A stretch of 63,414 nt of DNA, filler included, from Octopus bimaculoides (lineage: Eukaryota), in NCBI RefSeq assembly GCF_001194135.2. It is 5 parts of 4 records of this genome, joined end to end, with 100 filler letters (N's around TTAATTAATTAA, not from the genome) between each part and the next. Parts side by side here need not be neighbours in the genome. Positions count along the whole stretch, not along the records: positions 42,114 to 49,864 come from NC_068984.1; positions 49,965 to 59,712 come from NC_068993.1; 3 more parts are not named here. The stretch is one strand, 5' to 3'. Positions 42,147 through 51,917 of the stretch are shown here, piece by piece. Positions within the stretch are counted from its first letter, which is position 1. Each line of letters opens with the position of its first letter. A program made the position numbers and the translations under genes. The notes under the pieces are model-generated. The model searched no databases, was not told where the DNA came from, and saw only the letters and a list, made by a program, of their open reading frames with translations.

Positions 42147-42215
42147 CAGGACCGGATTAAGCTAGTGCGAGGGGCCTGAAATATATTTCACAAAGAGGGT
42201 CCTTAATATTTTTTT
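42147..42215 (+). mobile_element. Possible hAT-like terminal remnant
   Basis: CAGGACCGGATTAAG resembles CAGGGCCGGATTAA-type hAT ends and is followed by ggggcct/gggtcct blocks; no partner end found. Confidence 0.3.
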
Positions 42216-42411
42216 CATTTTTTAACGCACTCTAAATTTGATAAATAAATAAATAAATGCATAAAAAGCTATTTATCGAAGTATTATTCTTGTTATTGTT
42301 CCAACTACACATTCAATGACCAATGTATATAGGGGTTTCCTATAAGGTTGTTATCTACCCCTGATTGGAACTCTCCTGTATGACATGTACGCATGCTCAG
42401 TGACTTGCTTT

Positions 42412-42423
42412 AACTTCCGCAGA
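42412..42423 (+). promoter_or_regulatory. AACTTCCGCAGA motif (ETS-like core) upstream of the THAP ATG
   Basis: Exact 12-mer mirrored at 43553-43564 on the minus strand; 33 nt before the ATG at 42457. Confidence 0.45.
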
Positions 42424-42456
42424 GTAACGACTCACATGCTGTACTGACCGTTTAAT

Positions 42457-42723
42457 ATGTTTCCAAAGAAATCACGTAAATACTGCTGTATATGCAGCCA
42501 CTATAGAAGGAAGAATGTAGACGGCAAAGTTATTTCACTACATAGATATCCTGCAAACGTAGCTATTCGTCGTATTTGGCTTCAGAGATCGAGACTTGTG
42601 AGGAAAGACTTTGTTTACACTGCAAATAGCCAAATGTGTTCCCAGCATTTCGTCAATTTTAATGGACCATCGAAAGATCACCCCTTGCCATCCGTTTTTC
42701 CCAAAAAAGTATTTAAAATATCA
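42457..42723 (+). CDS. THAP-type (C2CH) zinc-finger DNA-binding domain, first coding exon
   Basis: MFPKKSRKYCCICSHY...SLHRYP...RRIWL...MCSQHF...LPSVF has the THAP hallmarks (N-terminal Cys pair, S-x-H-R-F/Y-P, W, CSxHF, PS/TxF). Consensus donor TCA|GTAAGT at 42724; unspliced, the frame stops at 42735. Confidence 0.88.
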
Positions 42724-43285
42724 GTAAGTGCATGATCATATACGCAGTTAGTAGATGAGTGAAATGTCTCTTTGATTTATCTCCTCATTAAAAGATTAGA
42801 ACATGTTAAAATTCAAGTGGTGTACGTTGTGCTAAACACGAATGTTTAATCTAATAATTGTTGTGTTGATGTACAGGTATTTTTAATAAAGAATTTTGCA
42901 TTCAAATAATAAATACATTGAAATTGTTGTTAATGTTCTGAATGAATGTGGGAATTTCCAGTAAGCCTAGCTATGATATGTTTCTTTATATATATATATA
43001 TATTAATAAGGGTAGAAATTGATATTAATCAATTAGAACCAGTGGTCTAGCATATTAAAAAAATCCGAAGATTAAAATTATATTACATACAAAAATAAGA
43101 GGAATGACCAGCAAAAGTGGACTCCTATATGCTAGAAATAGATGCCGATTCGGCATTTATTTCTAGCATATAGGAGTCCACTTTTGCTGGTCANNNNNNN
43201 NNNGAATCTAATATTCCTCTAATTATTAGACTTTATAGTGTGACTGTCCCTACCTCTTCTACACCTCATCATGCTCATGGCCAAA

Positions 43286-43517
43286 TCAGTGAATGGTTGC
43301 TGAAAGCAGATTGAGATCAGGCAATACTTCACCGGGAGGAGATATAAGCTTCTGCTTATTCCTGTCTGAAGTATCGTCCGATACTTCAGACTTATCGCCC
43401 GATGAATTTACTTTGTTGACATTCTTCATCGACAGAAATTTTATACCATTCAACCTTTCAGTCAAGTCCGCCTTTAAGTACTTCGATAGCTGAATCATCG
43501 AGCTGCTTTATATCCAT
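43286..43517 (-). pseudogene. Decayed second ORF of the TIR element, convergent with THAP
   Basis: ATG at 43517 gives MDIKQLDDSAIEVLKGGLD*KVEWYKISVDEECQQSK...; another frame continues KQKLISPPGEVLPDLNLL. Its start lies 35 nt after the mirrored motif. Product identity not established. Confidence 0.45.
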
Positions 43518-43552
43518 GATAAGACGTAAAACAATAACAATAGCGTGGATAG

Positions 43553-43564
43553 TCTGCGGAAGTT
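43553..43564 (-). promoter_or_regulatory. AACTTCCGCAGA motif upstream of the minus-strand ORF
   Basis: Plus strand tctgcggaagtt is the reverse complement of 42412-42423. Confidence 0.45.
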
Positions 43565-43689
43565 TAATTGTCTACATGGAGCGCCGCCTAGCCAAGGGAG
43601 ATAACCTAGTTATAGGAAAGCCCTATAGATCAGCTATCACAGTAGGCGTTGAGTTACAGAAATTAATACAAAGTTTCTACTGTTTATCA

Positions 43690-43726
43690 TCATGTTCGTC
43701 ATTATCACCATCGACATCGTCATCAC

Positions 43727-43792
<66 letters not shown>

Positions 43793-43797
43793 TATTT
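43690..43797. repeat. (CAT)n/(TAT)n array
   Basis: Direct. Confidence 0.9.
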
Positions 43798-45464
43798 TAT
43801 CTAAAGCTTGACATTTATCTGCTACCCAATACGTTTGAGACATTTAAGAGGTTAACCCGGAGAGATGACGACTAAGACGAATTTGAAATGGGTGTGACGG
43901 ACTTTTCCTCTGCAGATTCTCATTTCGCTTTAAGCCAACCTAAAAATACAGTTTAAATGTTATAGTAGCATCGATGCACAGCTTAAATATTCTCTCTCTT
44001 ATGACATAGCCCTAGCATAATGCTTATGTTTGTAGGTGTGAGTGTGCGCACGCGTTTGTGTGTATGTGTACGCGCGCGCGTCTTTGCGCTCGTGTGGTCT
44101 AAGATTGAATATGTCATTACGTCAATTTAAACCTGTTATTTATGCTATAGTTTTGCTTAACGGTATTAGGTTGAAATATTAGAAATAGCTCACAATAAAA
44201 TGCTTCTTACCTGTTTACAAATTATTATTTGATTTAATGGGAATAGTTGACATTACTGTGTCTACAATATATTAGAAATAATTTGATTCGTTCAAACGAT
44301 CTCATTTATGAGAAAAATACGATAATTAGATTTAATTATTGTAGGGTAGGGTTTTAATGCATCAAAATTGTGCTTTTGATCTCGGCGCTATTCCGAGCAT
44401 TGGATCAACTTTAAACAACCAGTTATAGATCTAAAATCTGGATGTAATTTACTATTATAACAGTAGAGTAAGTTCAAAGTCATCGAATCGAAACTAATAG
44501 CACATGATTAATTTCATGTAAAGTGTATCGGATTTAGGAAGCATTTTGAGTTTTGGAGCTATCCTAGACGCCAAGTCATTCATAAAAGTTGAAGGTTGTA
44601 TGTAATATGATATAGCATTCAGCTCGGAGCATTGAAAACGCGGGGCCAGTAGCGTATGGCTAATCTTGCTGCTAGATTAATATGTACTGATTCCAACGTA
44701 GACTTGGTCTTAGATTTGGTGGATCGCATTATTTACAATAACGTCTGTTAATCTCTACTCAGTTTTTTTTTTGTTTTTTTTTTTGCTATATTCCTGGTCT
44801 CCTCTAAGTCGTTTACTGTTTCATGCAATGCATGCCGTTAATGTTTACTGAAACGTTTACTGCCGTTAATGTTTACTGAAAGACAGGTATGTAACAGGTA
44901 TGTGACTGGCTGATGCCTCAAAATAGTCTGTCTAGGTAGTGTTAGTAGAAGCTCTACTATTCATCCTAAGCTTCTCTTTCTGTTGTCGCATTACTAAATG
45001 CGTTTTNNNNNNNNNNNNNNNNNNNNNNNNNNNNNNNNNNNNNNNNNNNNNNNNNNNNNNNNNNNNNNNNNNNNNNNNNNNNNNNNNNNNNNNNNNNNNN
45101 NNNNNNNNNNNNNNNNNNNNNNNNNNNNNNNNNNNNNNNNNNNNNNNNNNNNNNNNNNNNNNNNNNNNNNNNNNNNNNNNNNNNNNNNNNNNNNNNNNNN
45201 NNNNNNNNNNNNNNNNNNNNNNNNNNNNNNNNNNNNNNNNNNNNNNNNNNNNNNNNNNNNNNNNNNNNNNNNNNNNNNNNNNNNNNNNNNNNNNNNNNNN
45301 NNNNNNNNNNNNNNNNNNNNNNNNNNNNNNNNNNNNNNNNNNNNNNNNNNNNNNNNNNNNNNNNNNNNNNNNNNNNNNNNNNNNNNNNNNNNNNNNNNNN
45401 NNNNNNNNNNNNNNNNNNNNNNNNNNNNNNNNNNNNNNNNNNNNNNNNNNNNNNNNNNNNNNNN

Positions 45465-45498
<34 letters not shown>

Positions 45499-46329
45499 GG
45501 TATTGCACATATCACGCCTCTCGGATATTTCTATCCAGCTTCAGACTCTCTTCTGCTCTTCTGAAATGGACCAGTGAAAGTAAATCGTACCCATTGACGT
45601 TAATGCTGTTTCTGCCATTGCTACGACAGCCGATGTATTTGCCGCTGTCGCTATTGTTATTATTGTTGCTATTGTTACTTTTGCTGCATTGTTGTTGCTG
45701 CTGCCACCCAATATTCGGGGTTGGTCGAGCAAATGCATGAAATGTAGGCCGTTGATAGAATGATTAGTGGTAATTCATGCATCAATTGTTTTTGACATAC
45801 CGTAACTTTCCTTAGAGGAGAACCAAACTATATACGCCAACATACAGTGGTTAATCGAATGGGGTAGAGTGGTAGAGTGGTAGAGTGTGAGAGACTAAAC
45901 ATTTCATAATCTATCCCCTTTATTCAATGTGTTTCTGGTGGCAGCAAAAACGGAGACCTAAGATGGAGTCGGTCAAAGTGCGATAATTACTATGAGTGGT
46001 GCATATCCTAGTACAGTGAGGACAATGAAGTTACTGATGTCACTGTTACTTTTGATTATAGATGTTTGTGCTGTGGGGAGATGGTCAGGTGTCTATCTGG
46101 ACTCAGTGGAAGCGATAGTATTTAAAGGATGCCGTTATAGGCGTGTCTCGGTGTTTGGAGGTAATTTATCATGTAGAGGCAGGTACTGTAAAGATTACAG
46201 CTTTCGGTACCCCACCTGTTAAAAAATAACCCACTGATACAATTTGTATCCATTGTTATATAGTCGACTTCTCCATTCGCTATGTGCCAGTAATTTGAGG
46301 AGAAATATCCAAGAAATTTTACATCAGAA

Positions 46330-46508
46330 TGTCACATGAAACTAATTAGGGAACTTCGATGTAATTGCTTGATCTGCTAGAAATAATAGGTAAATCTTCC
46401 TAAATTATACACCCACCATCTTAAAAAGAGAAGACCGCATTAGATAATGTCATCCTAGATACTCATTTCCGGATCAGGGCTAGCTGACCTGGGGCTTAGT
46501 AACAACAT
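46330..46508 (+). mobile_element. Dispersed repeat ending gctgacctggggct plus (AAC)-like tail
   Basis: Related blocks at ~41595-41790 (minus strand; atgacctggggttaaagcaataccaacaaca) and ~48270-48420 (gctaacctgaagct). Confidence 0.45.
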
Positions 46509-47772
46509 AGATATCGCTGACCAATCCTTCACCGAAATTCGAGGTGTAGTAAGAGAGTTTTCAAGAAGATATTTAGTTGTCCAAACATAAACTGTCACCA
46601 TCTTTGAAGAAACACTTTGGTAGTTATTCACATTCAGTGTGGCCATTTAGACCTTCTAGTTTTGAAGAAAACAACCCTCGCCTAAGGTGACCAAACAAAG
46701 CAAAATGTTTCTAGTTTTCAGAAGTGCCATTGCTACAGAACTTGGTTCGTGTCCGATGACTGTTAAGCAAGAATCAATGAGACAATTTTTTTGTCTTTTT
46801 GTTTTTGTTTTTTGGGCTGTTTTTTCTTTTCTTTTTTTTTTTCAGAATGTGCCGCTACTACAAAGAATTGATCCGCACTCACATATATTCACTGAATGAC
46901 TGAGAGGCATTACCTAGGGGCACCATTCGCATGAAACCTAGAAGTTTAGTGACTGCTGACATAACTAATGTAGTGAGAGAAACAAATTTCAATTAAATTA
47001 ACTTTTGCAGTGAAGAGAGAGAATCGGAGATTCAGTAACTAATAATAATGAAATCTGGTTCAGGCAATGAGGCAACAACCGATATATTAATTAGTTAATT
47101 AGCAAATATCGGATTAAATTAATATTAGTCCTCGAATTAAAGTTTTCGTTTTCTCGCAGCATGCGTATTTCTAATTTTAATTAATTAAGCTTTCGAGGTT
47201 GTCGCCCTTTTTTCTTTAACACGATTTCATTAATATCAGTCACTGAGTCTATGTTAATTTTAATTATTCGAAATCTATTTGTTCGCTACAGTAAACTATA
47301 CTTGTCCACATTCATCTCTGTTCACTCGGCCAACATTCAGACACGTCGTTAAATAAAGAAAAATAAAGAAAACAAAAACTTCTTTGAGCAAAATTTCCTC
47401 TGGTCTCTTAAGCAACCGAGAATCACTTTTTTATTAAACTCTTTCATCCAAACCAATGAAAGAGTCTCAATATCATCGCTCCATCTGCTTGATATGGTAG
47501 CCAAGTCTCCCTCAAAATCACACAGCAGACTTAATCCCTCGCCCAGTTTAACATCACCACTCGGTAGTGTTAAACTGGGCGAAGTACCTTTAGCGAAATC
47601 CACGCTACTTCAAGAATTTGGCTTAGGCTCCTGATTTGAAGATGTCTTCCTACCATCAGTCTTAGATACCTTGTATAGAGTCATGGACACTGCCTCTCCT
47701 TGACTAAGTGATAAAAAAAACCCATCGTTTTCAATTAAGAACAATTCATTAGACTGGTAATATACAAAATGA

Positions 47773-48149
47773 ATGGCTAGAATACTTTTGATCATAGGTT
47801 TGCTAGATCATAGGTTTGATTATAGGTCATAAGTTTGATCATAGGTCATGGCTAAAATAAAATACCTTTGATCATAGGTTTGCTAGATCATGGGTTTGAT
47901 CATAGGTCATAGGTTTGATCATAGGTCATAGGTTTGATCATAGGTCATAGGTTTGATCATAGGTCATAGGTTTGATCATAGGTCATAGGTTTGATCATAG
48001 GTCATAGGTTTGATCATAGGTCATGGCTAAAATACCTTTGATCATAGGTTTGCTAGATCATAGGTTTGATCATAGGTCATAGGTTTGATCATAGGTCATA
48101 GGTTTGATCATAAGTCATGGCTAGAATACCTTTGATCATAGGTTTGCTC
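47773..48149. repeat. Hierarchical minisatellite built from TCATAGG
   Basis: The 7-mer TCATAGG and 12-mer TCATAGGTTTGA form a 19-bp unit. A header atggcta(g/a)aatac(c/t)tttgatcataggtttgct recurs four times. Confidence 0.95.
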
Positions 48150-48680
48150 AACTGGAGCTAACTTGAGACAAAGCAACAACAGCACAACAACTCTCACAAT
48201 TTGCGAGGGAAGTCTTACAAGACAGCAGGACTTCCTACATGTAGCTTACAAAACTCAATCAAACCACAACAATCACGACCTATCGTCTTTAAAAGGGACG
48301 CATTGGGAAATGTAATCCTTGATATATCATAATGAGGAAAATGCGATAATCACAGTAAGAATGCCTTTTCCCATAAATATCCTTGGCCAGGGCTAACCTG
48401 AAGCTAGCTCAAAGGGGTCAGTGTTAAGAATTTCAATAACACAGGTAAGGACGATGTATGAAACGCCGTACCAAATAAAATATTTTAACAAATTGTTTTT
48501 GTTCAGTGAACAACAGTTACTAATTATTATCGCCAGGTTTTTGTTTTCTTTCTCTGTCTGAAAGGGAAGGTTCAATAAACTTAAGAATTCTCTACACGCC
48601 TAACTGTCGGTTTTGGATCCAATTCCATGTCGCAATCTTCTGAGTTATTTTCTCTTAACTCCTTTTCAGAAGGTGCAGCC

Positions 48681-49018
48681 TTGTACCACTCCTTGATCTG
48701 AGTTTTGCCCATGGCATAATCGCCAAAGGCTTGCTGAATCTTCTAAATGGGTTGAGCTTGAGTATCACCAAGCTTTTGGCAAAACCTGATGCAATATCTC
48801 TGCTCGATGCGTTCGATGGAAAGGAAGATTCGACGAGCGCGCACTTGACGTTTCTACCCTAGGCGTAATATACGGGAACTGAGCTGACCTACCGGTGCAA
48901 AAATTTTCTCGAATGCGCAGGAAGGGCGGCACCACCTTCTACCAAAAGAGTTTTGTCCACGAGGCATTAGTTTTGATGAGAAAAAATAAAGTCGGATACT
49001 TATTAAATGCCCCACGTA
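48681..49018 (-). mobile_element. Mariner transposon 5' remnant (terminus plus transposase N-terminus)
   Basis: Minus strand ERIEQRYCIRFCQKLGDTQAQPI*KIQQAFGDYAMGKTQIKEWYK matches the mariner N-terminal HTH. Upstream, TA|CGTGGGGCATTTAATAAGTATCCGACTTTATTTTTT is a mariner-like terminus with TA. Confidence 0.85.
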
Positions 49019-49621
49019 CGTTTTCGAGATGTATTTGGTTTTAATTAATTTCTTCGATAAATATGTATTTGATTCCAAATTTGTCTTTAGATTTTCGTCC
49101 ACCACCTTTTCTTTTTAGATATGATAATTTTAGTTTTCAAGCATACCCCTAAACACACACACACGCACACACAATATGATACACACACAAACACACACAC
49201 ACACACATACGCACGCACAATACACCCACACAAACATTTACAATTACACAACCAAATTACGGAATTAATCATTAAAAATTCTCCATGCTAAATACAGTAA
49301 ATTCCTTTTCTAGATCTCCCAATGTTTCAGTAGACTGATTCCAAACCGAGATGAAACGAATAATCACTGTGAGGCATTAAATTGCTCAACTGCATCAATA
49401 AAATGTGTACTCAACAATTAATTTGTATAGAGTTCTCTGTATCTTAGAAGAAGTAGTATCAAGTACAGCTTACCCGTTTTGTGTGTGTGCGTGTTGAAAG
49501 GCTAATACCTGAATCCAACTATTTCTTATCATTCCCTCTGCGTTAGCTATCTTCAACTTGTCTATTTGTCCGTTATGTTGTATTTTAGTTAAGAGACCTT
49601 AATTGCCGCACATTTATTTAT

Positions 49622-49710
<89 letters not shown>

Positions 49711-49721
49711 TAGATAGATAA

Positions 49722-49765
<44 letters not shown>

Positions 49766-49864
49766 GTTTCTTTATTAGCCACACAGGGCTCAACACAGAG
49801 GGGACAAAATACAAATGTAGAGTTTTTCTTTTCGAGGGGGTCGAAAACAAAGCAGAAAAAAAAA
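49622..49864 (-). mobile_element. Retroelement 3' end with (CTAT)n/(CTGT)n tail, same family as 15177-15410
   Basis: Reverse complement identical by eye over ~100 bp of unique sequence. Confidence 0.65.
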
Positions 49865-49908
49865 NNNNNNNNNNNNNNNNNNNNNNNNNNNNNNNNNNNN
49901 NNNNNNNN

Positions 49909-49920
49909 TTAATTAATTAA
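49909..49920. other. Artificial scaffolding linker in a 100-bp spacer
   Basis: 44N-TTAATTAATTAA-44N. Confidence 0.9.
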
Positions 49921-49999
49921 NNNNNNNNNNNNNNNNNNNNNNNNNNNNNNNNNNNNNNNNNNNNGTGTTTGTGCTTATAAATATCAGGCGTCACACTAA

Positions 50000-50480
50000 C
50001 CGAGTCCGCCTTCACTGGGGAAAATGCCATCACAGGGTTGGCATTTCTCTTCCGGCCTGAGACCTAATTGTTATCTACAATACTGGAATTGGACGCATAA
50101 TGGGTTACTATTTTCTAGTCTGTACCACCGCTGAGGGTAGCCATAATTATATCCAAGACTGGTTCTGGTCACCCACATGATATTAGTAAGGCTTTTCGCC
50201 GATAGAATTCAGACTACCACACATACGTATTGTCTCCTAGTTCTGCATTTGTGTGCCGTTGCAATTGCTGCCTATAAGAAAGTTTTGGTCCTGTGCCACT
50301 TCGATTCAAACCATTCTGAATAATTCCTCTCTTACCCCCTGTCTCTTTCTCTCCCCCTCACTCCTCTCTTTTTCTTTCTTCATTTGTCATATGTCCAATC
50401 TCCAGTACTCCGACAGACTACTTCGCCCAGTTAATCTGGTCGCTGACCATTATTGTCCTGCATTTGTTAAATTGCAACAA
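50000..50480 (+). mobile_element. Highly decayed CR1/L2-like LINE RT C-terminal fragment
   Basis: Broken frames give AITGLAFLFRP and IYNTGIGRIMGYY (cf. KL.FLFR / IYK.QIRP.MEY); many stops. Confidence 0.35.
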
Positions 50481-51479
50481 TTGAACTAGAACATCAATAA
50501 CGTGCAACTCATTAGTTTTTGAGCAGTTCGAAGTCCAGTGCCATCGTGGACCCTTGCTCAAGTTTCAACGAAGATAAGACCTCCACGAAAAGGCCCGCAC
50601 CTTCTCATGTACTGAAAATACTCTGCTTTTTGTTATGGTTCTTTTAGCGTAACATTCTCAACAAAAGTTTTATCCTTCTAGTATTTCTCGCTGATGTATA
50701 TCTTCATTTTCATCTCAGATATCAACTACCTCAATATCTATGTCATATCTGCTGGATTCCTATAAAATAAAACGCAGGACATTTTTTTTTTTTTTGCAGA
50801 CAACTTTCGTAACTAATTCTATTATTAATTCCACTTTGTTCTTTACTCAATATTTTAGTAACCCTACACTCTATAATAATTATGTATTAGTAATAGAAGA
50901 CACCTACTTCTACTACATTCGTAGTAAATGTAAATGTAATATTTCTCTGTTCGTCTTTTAGATATAAGTATTCTAAATACAGGCATCATTTTTCCTTGTG
51001 TCTCTTATCTAGTCAGCTAATTCACTTAACTTCCAGTGGAGAATATTCTAACTCTAGTTTATTACTTCAACCGCCAGGGTATTGTTACCGATCACCTGAT
51101 TCTTGACATTTAGCTGAATTTAAATTATTAATCCAATACATCTACAATATTACTTCCTGACTGTTCCTTTTATTTCCCTATGTTATACACTCATCTAATT
51201 TCGCCTACGTATTTGTAAGTCTGTCTTATTTTGTTTTATATATATAATTCTCATATCTGTATTTCTACGTTTCACATATTACTAGTTTATTTTCTTATTA
51301 ATATTTCTTTAAGAAAAAAAAAGCAAAACACATTGTATGCACTTCTTTATATAAGAACTTTATGCCAGTTTCCCTACTGAATCCATGTAACAAAGTTACA
51401 AGGTTTCTAGAAGACTGCCATCTGATAAAAAAAAAAGAAACATATTAGGTAACACAGAAACGCGGGACATATCTAGGTG

Positions 51480-51537
51480 TTATCATCATCATCATCGTCG
51501 TCGTCGTCATCGTCATCGCCATCATTCTGTTCTTCTT

Positions 51538-51620
<83 letters not shown>

Positions 51621-51623
51621 TAT

Positions 51624-51660
<37 letters not shown>
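51480..51660. repeat. Compound (CAT/CGT)-(TTC)-(TTA)-(TTG) array
   Basis: Direct; may be the tail of the adjacent minus-strand LINE. Confidence 0.9.
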
Positions 51661-51917
51661 ATTTCCTTTGCACAGACATAAAGTGTTGGGGTTTGCATAT
51701 AATGGAATGATAAAATAAAATAAGAAGTGTACACGGTATACATTAGAAGAAGGGAAGAATCCATAGTATATGACACTAGGAAAAGAGGGGGAAAACGTGA
51801 TCGTGATGGAGGCGCTCTGATTCAGGAGGACCTCTAGGTATAATCAAGGAACCCAAACCATCCAAGATAATCCTAAGTACCAAGGACGAGAGCCCACGCC
51901 AACTTTTATCTTCCGAC

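Larger units (their letters stand above)
42331..43624. mobile_element. TIR DNA transposon derivative with THAP exon and convergent second ORF (ISL2EU/PHIS-like by inference)
   Basis: Left end AGGGGTTTCCTATAA (42331-42345) vs reverse complement of the right end AGGGCTTTCCTATAA (43610-43624): 14/15 identical, followed in both by gttatct.ccc. Flanked by AT/TA dinucleotides. No DDE core visible. Confidence 0.7.

Noticed and set aside
47610-47612. Selenocysteine codon
   Set aside because: A stem just 3' of UGA is the bacterial arrangement. No eukaryotic SECIS (AUGA..AA..GA) or selenoprotein motif was seen.
47773-48149. CRISPR-like array
   Set aside because: No unique spacers, eukaryotic context and no cas genes; it is a minisatellite.
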